DNA from: Frankiaceae bacterium
GTDB lineage: Bacteria > Actinomycetota > Actinomycetes > Mycobacteriales > SCTD01
Direction: 5' to 3'
Length of the DNA: 64,000 bases
NCBI GenBank assembly: GCA_016650445.1
Contig: JAENVS010000002.1
Location: 10,980 to 74,979, forward strand
A program made the translations under genes and the position numbers. This document shows, in pieces, positions 26,958 through 36,528 of this stretch. Position 1 is the stretch's first letter. The number at the start of each line of letters is the position of its first letter. The notes beneath the pieces are model-generated. The model saw only the letters and a program-made list of their open reading frames with translations. It did no database searches and was not told where the DNA came from.

Positions 26958-28037
26958 GTGACCAACTCCATCGAGCCTTTCCTGCGCGCGCTCGTCGAGT
27001 GCGGCGGCTCCGACTTGCACTGCAAGGTCGGGTCCCCGCCCCGGGTGCGCATCGACGGCCGGCTGCGCAAGCTGCAGACGCGTGACCTGAGCGCGGCGGA
27101 CACCTCGCAGATGGTCAGCGAGGTGCTGCGCGAGGACCTCGTCGAGGAGTTCCATAAGTCCAACGAGGCCGACTTCGCCTACTCGCTGTCCGGCGTCGGC
27201 CGCTTCCGCGTCAACGCCTTCCGCTCCCGCGGGTCCTGCGGACTGGTCTTCCGGCGCGTCAGCGTGGGTGCCATCCCGCTGCAGGACCTGGGCCTGCCGG
27301 CGGTACTCGCCTCGCTCGCCATGGAGCCCCGAGGTCTGGTCCTCGTCACCGGCCCGACCGGGTCCGGGAAGACGACGACGCTGGCCGGCATGATCGACCA
27401 CATCAACAGCAACAAAGAGGTCCACGTCGTCACGATCGAGGACCCGATCGAGGTCCTGCACTTCGACAAGATGGCGATGATCAACCAGCGCGAGGTCCGC
27501 GTCGACACCGAGGACTTCGTGACAGCGATGCGCGCCGCCATGCGGCAGGACCCCGACGTCATCCTCGTCGGTGAGATGCGCGACCACGAGACCGTGAAGG
27601 CGGGACTGGCCGCGGCCGAGACCGGCCACTTCGTCATGTCGACGCTGCACACGACCGACGCGGCCGAGACCGTCAACCGCATCATCGACTTCTTCCCGCC
27701 GCACGAGCAGAAGCAGATCCGGCTCGCGCTCGCCGGCGCCCTGCGCGGCATCATCTGCCAGCGCCTCGTGCCGCGGGCCGATGGCGAGGGCCGCTGCGTG
27801 GTCATGGAGATCGCGGTCAACACCGGCCGTATCGCCGACGCGATCGCCGACCCCGACAAGACCTCGTCGCTGCCGCAGCTGATCGCCGAGGGCGGCTACT
27901 ACGGCATGCAGACCTTCGACCAGCACCTGGTCACGTTCATCCGCGACGGCGTCATCACGCTCGAGGCCGCGATGGCCGCCAGCACGAGCCCGCACGACCT
28001 CACCGTCGAGCTGCGCCGCCTCGGCCTCGTCGCCTGA
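26958..28037 (+). CDS. pilT: Type IV pilus retraction ATPase PilT/PilU
   Basis: GSDLH, GRFRVNAF, GPTGSGKTTT, TIEDPIE, QREV, RQDPDVILVGEMRD, TLHT, GMQTFDQ. Confidence 0.92.
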   Translation: MTNSIEPFLRALVECGGSDLHCKVGSPPRVRIDGRLRKLQTRDLSAADTSQMVSEVLREDLVEEFHKSNEADFAYSLSGVGRFRVNAFRSRGSCGLVFRRVSVGAIPLQDLGLPAVLASLAMEPRGLVLVTGPTGSGKTTTLAGMIDHINSNKEVHVVTIEDPIEVLHFDKMAMINQREVRVDTEDFVTAMRAAMRQDPDVILVGEMRDHETVKAGLAAAETGHFVMSTLHTTDAAETVNRIIDFFPPHEQKQIRLALAGALRGIICQRLVPRADGEGRCVVMEIAVNTGRIADAIADPDKTSSLPQLIAEGGYYGMQTFDQHLVTFIRDGVITLEAAMAASTSPHDLTVELRRLGLVA

Positions 28038-28126
28038 CACCTGCCCGCCTCGTCATCTCGGAGATGCCGGGCTGACACGCCGGCGAGTCGGCCCGGTTGC
28101 TCCGAGACCAGTCACCGGCGATGGGC

Positions 28127-28152
28127 TGAAGGTTTCCCGGCGACCTGCCGAT
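28127..28152 (+). promoter_or_regulatory. sigma28-type promoter
   Basis: TGAAG-N15-GCCGAT, ending 10 nt before ATG 28163. Confidence 0.45.
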
Positions 28153-28162
28153 GACTCGGGGC

Positions 28163-28984
28163 ATGCGCCACGCACCGGTCGCTGACTCGTCCGGGTCCTC
28201 GCCTGAGGTCCGGATCGCTGCCGTCATGGTGGGCGCCGGCGCGGTGCTCGGCGTGCTGCTCCTCGTCGCCGGCGGCATGCTCTTCACGGTTGACCCGGGG
28301 TTTCTGTTCGCCGTGCTGCCCGTCATCATCGGCGCCGTTCTCGTCGCCGGGTTCCAGCTGCTCACCGTGTCGGTGTCGCTGTCCCGCCAGCTGCTGAAGC
28401 ACCAGCCCGGAGCACGGCTGCAGGCCGCGGTCATCGGTGGCTGCGTCATGCTCTCCGGTCTGGTCGGCTGCACCATCGCGCCACTGATGGGCCTGCCGAT
28501 CGCCGTCTACGGCGCCGTTCTGTTCTGGCTCATGACGACTTCCGCAGCATCCCGCGATCTCGGTCCGTGGGTTGTCGTCAGGGCGCCGCGCAATCGATCG
28601 CAGCAGATGCCGCGTTGGGTGCCGCGCTCGTGGCGGCCGGCGCCGACACCTACCGAGCAGCCGCCCTCCTTCTTCACCGGGTCGCAGCCGCTACCGGGCG
28701 GCCAGCCGCCGTTCTTCACCGGCGCGGGTCCGGGAGCGAAGCGGCAGCGACCCGCGACCTGGATGGAGCTCTGGCAGGAGGGCCTCGGTCGAATCCCGCT
28801 TGCGGATCTCGTCGCGGTGGTGATCGGTCTCGTCGCTTTCGTCGTCGGCGACGTGCTGATGTTCATGACGCTCGTCGGTGCTCACCACGGCGGCCTCCCG
28901 GTGGCGCTGCTCCTCATCGGAGCAGCCATCGCGATCCACGTCGTGCTCGAGCGGCGGATGCTCGCGCGCCTCGGCTACGCCTGA
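28163..28984 (+). CDS. Hypothetical multi-pass membrane protein
   Basis: About 6 hydrophobic segments; Pro-rich loop with duplicated QPP(S)FFTG. Confidence 0.65.
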   Translation: MRHAPVADSSGSSPEVRIAAVMVGAGAVLGVLLLVAGGMLFTVDPGFLFAVLPVIIGAVLVAGFQLLTVSVSLSRQLLKHQPGARLQAAVIGGCVMLSGLVGCTIAPLMGLPIAVYGAVLFWLMTTSAASRDLGPWVVVRAPRNRSQQMPRWVPRSWRPAPTPTEQPPSFFTGSQPLPGGQPPFFTGAGPGAKRQRPATWMELWQEGLGRIPLADLVAVVIGLVAFVVGDVLMFMTLVGAHHGGLPVALLLIGAAIAIHVVLERRMLARLGYA

Positions 28985-29195
28985 GTTCGGCAGCAAGCAC
29001 GGATGAGGGGCGCAAACGACGGCGCCGCGCGTGATCGGCGTGCGCACCGCACGTGTATGACGTGAGCGTGCCGTGCGCACGGCGATCTTGGAACCAGCCG
29101 CGCAGGGCGGCGACCGCGCCTCACCTCGGTCGGGCTGGTCTCCGTTCCGGAGGTCTCCTCACGCACCATCGATCCGAGCCCGCTGCCGAACCCAG

Positions 29196-29687
29196 CTACA
29201 TCTGAAGGTCGAGGCGGTAGCCGAGCAGGGTGACGCCCGGCACCGGTTCCCAGTCGTCGGACGGCGTTCGGACGAAGCCGATGCGCTCGTACAGCCGGTG
29301 CGCCACGGTCATCGTGGGCTCCGTCGACAGCCGGATGCGCGTGCAACGGTCGGCGCGCGCGACGTCGACGCAGGCGCGGACCAGGGCTTCGCCGGTGCCG
29401 GCGCCACGAACATCGGGGTGGACAGCCAACATCCGGATGACGGCTTCAGCGGGCTCGGCCGCTTCGGCCCAGTCACTTCCGTACGGCGCGAGCGTGACCG
29501 CTCCGACGACCCGGCCGTCGAGGACCGCGACCAGCACGTGCGCGGCTGCATCGCGGCCGGCGACGTCGCGCAGTCGGGGCTCGTACTCCGGTGACCCGTA
29601 GCCCTCGTCCAGGTAGACCCGGGCCGTCAGCTCGGCGACGGCGGCGTAGTCCTCCGGCCGGACGGCGCGGATCTGCGGTGTGCCCAC
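29196..29687 (-). CDS. GNAT N-acetyltransferase
   Basis: IRMLAVHPDVRGAGTGEALV, AHRLYERIGF. Confidence 0.9.
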   Translation of the reverse strand: MGTPQIRAVRPEDYAAVAELTARVYLDEGYGSPEYEPRLRDVAGRDAAAHVLVAVLDGRVVGAVTLAPYGSDWAEAAEPAEAVIRMLAVHPDVRGAGTGEALVRACVDVARADRCTRIRLSTEPTMTVAHRLYERIGFVRTPSDDWEPVPGVTLLGYRLDLQM

Positions 29688-29761
29688 GCCATCGTGTCTA
29701 CCTCAGAGCGAACGAGAGCGATGTCATGGTCGTGCCGGGCTGCGCGGGGTATGCGGAAGAC

Positions 29762-29863
29762 ATGTTCTTCTTCTTCTCCAACCGGCTGGGCTGTCTGCCG
29801 AGCCTGCTGCTGTCCGCCGCCGTGACCCTGGTCCTGCTGTTCCTGCTCGGCGTCATCCGCTGA
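29762..29863 (+). CDS. Small membrane protein (33 aa)
   Basis: MFFFFSNRLGCLPSLLLSAAVTLVLLFLLGVIR; GC-rich third positions; single TM. Confidence 0.65.
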   Translation: MFFFFSNRLGCLPSLLLSAAVTLVLLFLLGVIR

Positions 29864-30569
29864 CGATGCTGCGGAGCAGGACCACGAGGCCGCCGACCCC
29901 CGCCAGCGACAGCGTCAGCCGCCGGGCGGCCGGTTCCGAGACTCGCTGAGCCACCACCGCGCCCAGAGGCAGGCCGACGGCGAGAGCCGCCACGCAGCCG
30001 GCGAGCAGCGCACCGGCGACATGGGGGAAGCCGAGGCTGACGAGCGCGACGACGTTGAGCCCGACGAAGTAGATCTGCGCCGTGGAGCGCATCGCCGTGG
30101 CCGGCCAGTCCGCGTTGCCGGCGTACAGCGCGATCGCGGGACCGCCGATCCCGGCCGCCACGTTCATCACCGCGCTGACGATGCCGGCGAGCACGGCGCC
30201 GGCACGACCCCGAGCCGCGCGCCACCGGAGCCCGATGGCCAGTGCCGCCGCGGCCACGACCGCCGACGCACCGGCGAGACCTTCCGCGAGCCGGTCCGGT
30301 GCCGACCGCAGCAGCCGCGCGGCGAGCGGTGTCGCGAGCGCTGCCGGGGCGAGGAGGAGCAGCGCCGTTCGCAGCTCGGCGTCGCGCCAGGTCCGGGCCA
30401 GCATCGCGGAGTTGACGACCAGCGACAGCACCACCGCCAGTCGGACGCCGTCGTCGGGCCCGAGGGCCGCGACGAGCAGCGGTCCGCACACCAGCACGAA
30501 GCCGATGCCGCTCAGTGACTGCGCCACCGCCCCCACCAGCACGGCCAGCGCCGTGAGGACTCCCGTCAC
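29853..30569 (-). CDS. TSUP (TauE/SafE) family transporter
   Basis: GAVAQSLSGIGF..V.GPLL; AAGIGGPAIALY. Confidence 0.8.
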   Translation of the reverse strand: MTGVLTALAVLVGAVAQSLSGIGFVLVCGPLLVAALGPDDGVRLAVVLSLVVNSAMLARTWRDAELRTALLLLAPAALATPLAARLLRSAPDRLAEGLAGASAVVAAAALAIGLRWRAARGRAGAVLAGIVSAVMNVAAGIGGPAIALYAGNADWPATAMRSTAQIYFVGLNVVALVSLGFPHVAGALLAGCVAALAVGLPLGAVVAQRVSEPAARRLTLSLAGVGGLVVLLRSIVSG

Positions 30570-31126
30570 CACGCGCGGACGCGCTCCGCTTCGACGTCCA
30601 CCCGCACGGGACACGTCGTGAGGTGGTCGTTCACCAGCCCGCACGCCTGCATGAGCGAGTAGACCGTGGTGGGTCCGACGAAGGTGAAGCCCGCCTTCTT
30701 CAGCCGCTTGGCGAGGTCGGCGGACGCAGGTGTCGTGGGTGGCACCTCAGCCCAGCCCCGGTACGCCGGCGACGGCAGTGCCGCGGCGTTCCACAGCAGC
30801 TCCGGGAGCCCGCCCGACGCTCGTAGCGCGACCGTGGCGCGGGCGTTGCGCACGCACGCCTCGAGCTTGGCCCGCGAGCGGATCAGCCGGGCGTCGGTCA
30901 GCAGGTGGTCGATGCTGTCGTACTCCGCGACCTTGTCGGGGTCGAAGCCGTCGAAGACCTCGCGGAACGCTTCTCGCTTGCGCAGCACGGTGATCCACGA
31001 CAGGCCGGCCTGCATGCCCTCCAGACAGAGCTTCTCGTAGAGCGCCTGCTCGCTGCGCCGCGGCCGCCCCCACTCCGTGTCGTGGTACCGCTCGTAAAGC
31101 GGGTCACCCGCACCGAAGCAGCGCAC
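30566..31126 (-). CDS. tag: DNA-3-methyladenine glycosylase I
   Basis: YHDTEWG, LEGMQAGLSWITVLRKR, GFTFVGPTT, GLVNDHLTTC. Confidence 0.95.
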   Translation of the reverse strand: MRCFGAGDPLYERYHDTEWGRPRRSEQALYEKLCLEGMQAGLSWITVLRKREAFREVFDGFDPDKVAEYDSIDHLLTDARLIRSRAKLEACVRNARATVALRASGGLPELLWNAAALPSPAYRGWAEVPPTTPASADLAKRLKKAGFTFVGPTTVYSLMQACGLVNDHLTTCPVRVDVEAERVRAW

Positions 31127-31151
31127 TGGGCGATCCTCGCAGCGGTCGACT

Positions 31152-31562
31152 GTGGCGAAGACGACAGGTGTCTCGACGCCGACTCCTGGATTGCCGCGAC
31201 GAACCCGGGGAAGCCTGCAGGTAACGGACCCGGGAGGCGCTGTGCACGTGACCTGGCCAGACGAGCAGGCGTTCCACGCGGCCGACCCGCGCCGTCGGCA
31301 GTCCGCCGAGGTCGACCTCGGGGCCACGTGGCGCTACGCGGACGCCCCCGACGCCCACCGGGTCGCCTGGCTCCAAGACACCGGTGAGCTCTACGTCTGC
31401 AAGGCGGACGGGTACGACGGTTCGTGCACGGACGTCTCGGTCCTGGCCGTGGTCCGCGACGAGGACCTGATGGACACGCTGCTGTTCGGCTGGCGAGACG
31501 CCCGCCTGGCGCCGGACGGCCTCGACTGGTTGCTCAGCCGGCTCGAGCTCGTCGCCGCCTGA
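31152..31562 (+). CDS. Hypothetical protein (start uncertain)
   Basis: Coding-like frame: F..ADPRRR.S.EVDLGATW...RVAWL.DTGELY. Confidence 0.6.
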   Translation: MAKTTGVSTPTPGLPRRTRGSLQVTDPGGAVHVTWPDEQAFHAADPRRRQSAEVDLGATWRYADAPDAHRVAWLQDTGELYVCKADGYDGSCTDVSVLAVVRDEDLMDTLLFGWRDARLAPDGLDWLLSRLELVAA

Positions 31563-31592
31563 TCCGCCCGGCGGCAGCTCTAGGCTGCCGGA

Positions 31593-33053
31593 GTGTCGAC
31601 CCTCGGCGACCTGGTGCGCGCCCGCACCGATCTCGGTGACGACGACGTCGACTGGCTGCACCGGCTGGTCGCCGAGTGGCAGCTCGTCGCCGACCTGTCG
31701 TTCGCCGACCTGGTGCTCTGGGTCCATACGAACGAGGCCACCTGGCTGGCGGTCGCGCACATGCGACCGACGACCGGCCCCACGGCGTACCCGCTTGACG
31801 TCGTCGGCTCCCTGCTCGACGAGAGCCTGAGCTTCCGGGTCGAGCGCGCCTGGCGCGAGGGACGGATCGTCCGTGACGGCGAGCCGGAGTGGCGCGCGCG
31901 CACGCCGGTCCGTCAGGAGGCCGTGCCCGTCCGTCGCGGCGACCGGCTGCTGGCCGTCCTGTCCCGGGACACCAACCTGTCGGCGGCGCGGATGCCCAGC
32001 CAGCTGGAGCTGTCGTACCTGACGTCGGCGGGCGAGCTGCTCCAGATGGTCTCCGAGGGCACGTTCCCGTTCCCCGGTCCGGATCGCGAGCCCGAGCACT
32101 CCCCGCGCGTGGGGGACGGCTACCTGCGGCTCGACCGCACCGGCCACGTCGTCTACGCCAGCCCGAACGCGCTCTCGGCGTACCGCCGGCTAGGGGTCAG
32201 CGCCGACCTGATCGGAGTGCACCTGGGACGCACGATCGCCAGGCTGGCCGGGGGGAGCGGGCTCGACGAGCCGCGCGGGTCCGCCGCCCTGGCGGCCGTG
32301 CTGCGGTTCCAGGAGCCGCGCGACTCCGAGGTGGAGGCACAGGGGGCGACCGTGCTGCTGCGGGCGTTGCCGCTCGTGCCGGGGGGCGAGCCCCGAGGGG
32401 CGCTTGTGCTGATGCGCGACGTCACCGAGCTGCGGCGGCGCGACCGCCAGATCCTGGGCAAGGACGCGACGATCCGCGAGATCCACCACCGGGTGAAGAA
32501 CAACCTGCAGACCGTGGCCGCTCTCCTGCGCCTGCAGGCCCGCCGGCTGGACGAGCCGCGGGCCCGCGCCGCGCTGGAGGAGTCAGTACGCCGGGTGGCG
32601 TCGATCGCGATGGTGCACGAGACGCTGTCGCTCGCCGTCGACGAGTCGGTTCGGTTCGACGGCATCGCCGACCGCGTGCTGGCGATGTGCGCCGAGGTGG
32701 CGGCCCCGGAGTCGGAGGTCACCGTCGTACGCCGGGGTGAGTTCGGTGTCCTCGCCGCCGATGTCGCGACGCCGCTGGCGATGGTGCTCACCGAGCTGGT
32801 CCAGAACGCGGTGGAGCACGCCGCCGCCAGTCGCATCGAGGTGGAGGTGGAGCGCACCGACGACGCACTGGCCGTCGTGGTCCGCGACGACGGTCAGGGG
32901 CTGCCCGACGGCTTCACGCTCGATGCCTCGACGCGCCTCGGGCTGACGATCGTCCGGACGCTGGTCGAGGGTGAGCTGCGCGGCACGATCGACCTGGCTC
33001 CCGGCGAGCGCGGCGGCACGGCAGCGCGGCTGCGGCTCCCCCTGGCAACCTGA
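31593..33053 (+). CDS. pdtaS: Cytosolic sensor histidine kinase PdtaS
   Basis: WQLVADLSFADLVLW, PRVGDG, YASPNALSAYRRLG, EIHHRVKNNLQTVA. Confidence 0.92.
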   Translation: MSTLGDLVRARTDLGDDDVDWLHRLVAEWQLVADLSFADLVLWVHTNEATWLAVAHMRPTTGPTAYPLDVVGSLLDESLSFRVERAWREGRIVRDGEPEWRARTPVRQEAVPVRRGDRLLAVLSRDTNLSAARMPSQLELSYLTSAGELLQMVSEGTFPFPGPDREPEHSPRVGDGYLRLDRTGHVVYASPNALSAYRRLGVSADLIGVHLGRTIARLAGGSGLDEPRGSAALAAVLRFQEPRDSEVEAQGATVLLRALPLVPGGEPRGALVLMRDVTELRRRDRQILGKDATIREIHHRVKNNLQTVAALLRLQARRLDEPRARAALEESVRRVASIAMVHETLSLAVDESVRFDGIADRVLAMCAEVAAPESEVTVVRRGEFGVLAADVATPLAMVLTELVQNAVEHAAASRIEVEVERTDDALAVVVRDDGQGLPDGFTLDASTRLGLTIVRTLVEGELRGTIDLAPGERGGTAARLRLPLAT

Positions 33054-33059
33054 CGGCCG

Positions 33060-33257
33060 CTACCTGAAGGCTGGGGCCGAGGACAGGCCGGGGTCCTGGT
33101 CGGTGGCGCCGGACAGGTGCTGGAACGCGTCGTACCCGAGGATCAGCACGACGACGAGCAGCGCGAGCGCCGTGACGCGGAAGCGCCACACGGCGTGCCA
33201 GCGCGGCGGCGCCTCACGCGGCACCAGGGGTGGCCGGACGTACTGCTCGCCGCTCAC
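33060..33257 (-). CDS. Small membrane protein
   Basis: 65 aa, single TM, directly downstream of whiB. Confidence 0.55.
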   Translation of the reverse strand: MSGEQYVRPPLVPREAPPRWHAVWRFRVTALALLVVVLILGYDAFQHLSGATDQDPGLSSAPAFR

Positions 33258-33281
33258 GAAGATCGCAGCCGGACCGTCGAC

Positions 33282-33536
33282 TCAGGCGGAGCTGGAGGTT
33301 TGCAGGCGGACGCTGTGGCGCTTGAGCGCGCGCCGCTCGTCCTCGCTCGTGCCGCCCCACACGCCGGCGTCCTGACCGGTCTCGAGCGCCCACGACAGGC
33401 AGTCGTCGAGGACCGAACAGCGGTGACAGACCTGCTTGGCCTCATCCACCTGTGTCGCGGCCGGCCCGGTCGTCCCGATCGGGAAGAACAGCTCCGGGTC
33501 CTCGTTACGGCAGAGCGCGAGGTGGCGCCAGTCCAT
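33282..33536 (-). CDS. whiB1: WhiB-family Fe-S regulator (WhiB1/WblE)
   Basis: MDWRHLALCRNEDPELFFPIG, CxxC, GQDAGVWGG; syntenic with pdtaS and DAGK. Confidence 0.92.
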   Translation of the reverse strand: MDWRHLALCRNEDPELFFPIGTTGPAATQVDEAKQVCHRCSVLDDCLSWALETGQDAGVWGGTSEDERRALKRHSVRLQTSSSA

Positions 33537-33631
33537 GCGGTCCAACTCCTTCGTGGGCGACCCGGCCTGGCATGGCGGGCTGCTGGGTCCCGACAGCCGC
33601 TGCCCTCGGGGCGGCACCCTCGCGGGCACCT

Positions 33632-33647
33632 TGTGAAGCGTTTCACG
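33632..33647. promoter_or_regulatory. CRP-type site upstream of whiB1
   Basis: TGTGA-AGCGTT-TCACG. Confidence 0.6.
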
Positions 33648-33846
33648 ATCACGTTGTCAGAAGTCCGGTGGAGACCGAGCCGCTTACGCCCCGCTTCCTG
33701 AGGCGCTCAGCAACCCAAGCACCCCACCGGTCGACCTGGCAAGGGTTTCCGAACGTCATTCGGTTCGTCCCGGGTGTCGTCTTCGTCACCCGTGGCCGGG
33801 CTGTCCCCGCACCCGACCGGTTCATGCGTGGAACGCCCCGATTTGT

Positions 33847-34767
33847 TCAGACCAGGACGTCGAGCGCGCGTGGCACGGCGCGGAAGGTCACGGACGTCCG
33901 CTCGCCCAGGTCGTCGCCGTCGAGCTGGAACGGCAGCGGTGTCTGCGCCGAGATCGTGAACGCGTCGACGTCGTGCAGCGCGAGCAGGTGCTTGCCGCGG
34001 ACCTTCGGCTCCAAGGACAGGATCTGGCGCAGGTGGCGCAGGGTCGTGGCTGTGCGTAGGCGGCGCAGGCCGAAGACGTCGAGTCCGGTGTCGAAGGAGG
34101 CCTCGGGGCAGGGCAGCACCGGTCGACCGCCGAGGTAGGTCCACGGGGCGGTGTTGCAGACCAGCGCCAGGCCGAGCTGCTCCGGCTCGGCCCCTTCGCG
34201 GGTGAGCGTGAGCGGCGGCGTCTTGCGCTCCGCCGACAGGAAGAACTCGCGCAGCGCCTCGGTGACGAACAACGTGGGGGTGGCCTTGCGTCCCTTGGCC
34301 CGGCGACGGTCGGTACGGCGTACGACGGCGGCGTCGAGCCCGAGCCCGGCGCAGAAGGTGAACCACCGGTCGTCGGCGAGGGCGAGCCCAAGCGTGCGTC
34401 GGCGGTTGATGCGCAGTGCCTCGAGGAGATCACCCGTGGCTTCGACGGGCGACTCCGGCAGGCCGAGCGCACGCGCGAACACGTTGGTGCTGCCGCCCGG
34501 GACGACAGCCAGGGCCGGTACGCCGGGACCCGGACCGTTGGTCAGCAGGCCGTTGACGACCTCGTTGACGGTGCCGTCGCCGCCGAGAGCGACGACGAGG
34601 TCGAGACCGTCGGCGGCAGCTTGCCGGGCCAGCTGCATCGCATGGCCGCGGGCGGTGGTGTGGACGACGTCGAGCTTCGTCTCGCTGGCCAGTGCATGCG
34701 CGAGGACGTCGCGGGCCCGCTCGGTGGTGGCTGTGGCCTTGGGGTTGACGACCAGCAGCGCGCGCAT
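33847..34767 (-). CDS. Diacylglycerol kinase-family protein
   Basis: VVNPKAT, GGDGTVNEVVNG, PGGSTNVFARALG, QLDGD. Confidence 0.92.
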   Translation of the reverse strand: MRALLVVNPKATATTERARDVLAHALASETKLDVVHTTARGHAMQLARQAAADGLDLVVALGGDGTVNEVVNGLLTNGPGPGVPALAVVPGGSTNVFARALGLPESPVEATGDLLEALRINRRRTLGLALADDRWFTFCAGLGLDAAVVRRTDRRRAKGRKATPTLFVTEALREFFLSAERKTPPLTLTREGAEPEQLGLALVCNTAPWTYLGGRPVLPCPEASFDTGLDVFGLRRLRTATTLRHLRQILSLEPKVRGKHLLALHDVDAFTISAQTPLPFQLDGDDLGERTSVTFRAVPRALDVLV

Positions 34768-34801
34768 GGGCACCAGCGTATCCGCGGCTAACCTCATCGC
34801 C

Positions 34802-35173
34802 GTGGAGCGTGCGACCCCCGTAGTGCGCCGTGCAGCGGTGCTCCTGGCCGTCGAGGGCGTCGCCCTCATCGTGCTTGGCGGCGTCGACGCTGTGGCCACG
34901 ACCATCGGCTCACCGGCGCGGCGCGGCTTCTCCTACGGCCAGGCCGCTCTCGCCGTCGCTGCCGGCGTCGTCCTGCTCGTGCTGGCCCGTGCGATCGACG
35001 GTCGCCGCGGTTGGGCCCGGTCGCCCGCGATCGTGCTGCAGCTGCTGGCTGTGCCGGTCGGGATCGGCCTGCTGCAGGGCGGGGTGTGGGCGGCCGGGGT
35101 GCCGGTGCTGCTGCTCGCCGGCGTGACGATGGTGCTGGTGCTGGCGGGCGGCGCCGACGCCGAGGCGACCTGA
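34802..35173 (+). CDS. Integral membrane protein
   Basis: About 4 TM, RGWARSPAIVLQLL; conserved position divergent from DAGK. Confidence 0.7.
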   Translation: MERATPVVRRAAVLLAVEGVALIVLGGVDAVATTIGSPARRGFSYGQAALAVAAGVVLLVLARAIDGRRGWARSPAIVLQLLAVPVGIGLLQGGVWAAGVPVLLLAGVTMVLVLAGGADAEAT

Positions 35174-36082
35174 CTACTCCTCGACGAGCAGGCCCTCGCG
35201 GAGCTGGGCGAGGGTGCGCGCGAGCAGCCGGGAGACGTGCATCTGGCTGATCCCGAGCTCGGCGGCGATCTGCGACTGCGTCATGTTGCCGAAGAACCGC
35301 AGCAGCAGGATGCGCTTCTCCCGCGGCGGGAGCTTCTCGAGCAGCGGCTTGAGCGACTCGCGGTACTCCACGCCCTCGAGCGACTCGTCCATGATCCCGA
35401 GCGTGTCCGCGACGGCGGGGGAGTCGTCGTCGCCGCCGTCGGGTGCGTCGAGCGACAGCGCCGAGTAGGCGTTGGCCGACTCCAGGCCCTCGAGGATCTC
35501 CTCCTCGGTCATCTGCAGGTGCGCGGCCAGCTCCGCCACCGTGGGGGACCGGCCGTTCTTCTGCGACAGCTCGCTGGTTGCCTTGGTCAGGCTGAGCTTG
35601 AGCTCCTGCAGTCGACGCGGAACCCGGATCGCCCAGCCCTTGTCGCGGAAGTGCCGCTTGATCTCCCCGACGATCGTCGGGGTCGCGTACGTCGAGAACT
35701 CGACGGCGCGCTCGAGGTCGAACCGGTCCACCGACTTGATCAGCCCGATGGTGGCCACCTGGATCAGGTCGTCGAGCGGCTCGCCTCGGTTGCGGAAGCG
35801 GCGGGCGAGGTACTCCACGAGCGGCAGGTGCGCCTCGACGAGCTCATCGCGCAGCCGGTGGCGTTCCGCGTCGCCCTCGGGCAGCGCGGCGAGCCGCACG
35901 AACATCTCGCGGGCCTTGGCCCGGTCGGCGGCACTGCGCTCGGAGCGCGTCGGGATCGTGGCGATCTCTGCCTCGGAGGGCACTTCTGCCTCGGGTCCGG
36001 TCACGAGATCGACGTCGGGCTGCACGGGCACGTCGGAGGTGTCTACGGACGTGGTGGTGCCGTCCCCGGTGTGTCCGCTCAC
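35174..36082 (-). CDS. sigF: SigB/SigF-family sigma factor
   Basis: LARRFRNRGE, IGLIKSVDRFD, GEIKRHFRD, GISQMHVSRLL. Confidence 0.92.
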   Translation of the reverse strand: MSGHTGDGTTTSVDTSDVPVQPDVDLVTGPEAEVPSEAEIATIPTRSERSAADRAKAREMFVRLAALPEGDAERHRLRDELVEAHLPLVEYLARRFRNRGEPLDDLIQVATIGLIKSVDRFDLERAVEFSTYATPTIVGEIKRHFRDKGWAIRVPRRLQELKLSLTKATSELSQKNGRSPTVAELAAHLQMTEEEILEGLESANAYSALSLDAPDGGDDDSPAVADTLGIMDESLEGVEYRESLKPLLEKLPPREKRILLLRFFGNMTQSQIAAELGISQMHVSRLLARTLAQLREGLLVEE

Positions 36083-36528
36083 GAGCCGGAGGGGGTCTCG
36101 CCCAGGAACTCCCCACGCCGCTTGCGCAGAGAGAGGGCGACGCGGTTCTCGGCGTCGACGGAGCTGTCGACCTCGCCGGCCAGCGCGGTCAGGACGGTCC
36201 AGGCGAACGTGTCGCGCGACGGCTGCTGCCCGTCGAGGGTGAGCACCGCGACGGAGACCGCGATGGAGTCACCGGTGAGCTCGAAGCTGCACTCGAGGTC
36301 GGCGCCCGGGACGGCCTGGGCCAGCAGCATCGCGCAGGCCTCGTCGACGGCGATGCGCAGGTCCTCGATGTCGTCGATCGTGAAGTCCAGGCGCGACGCC
36401 AGGCTCGCCGTCGCGGTGCGCAGCACGGACAGGTAGGCGCCCGCGGCGGGCAGCCGAAGGGTGACGACGTCTCGGCCGGCTCCCGACAGCGCGTCGCCAG
36501 CCTTCGTCGTACCCACCTGCTCAGTCAT
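36079..36528 (-). CDS. rsbW: Anti-sigma factor (RsbW-like)
   Basis: LPAAGAYLSVLRTAT...FTIDDIEDLRIAVDEAC; overlaps the sigF start. Confidence 0.88.
   Translation of the reverse strand: MTEQVGTTKAGDALSGAGRDVVTLRLPAAGAYLSVLRTATASLASRLDFTIDDIEDLRIAVDEACAMLLAQAVPGADLECSFELTGDSIAVSVAVLTLDGQQPSRDTFAWTVLTALAGEVDSSVDAENRVALSLRKRRGEFLGETPSGS

Noticed and set aside
29762..29863. Phe-sensing attenuator leader peptide
   Set aside because: The downstream gene is convergent, so there is nothing to attenuate; the peptide looks like a TM protein
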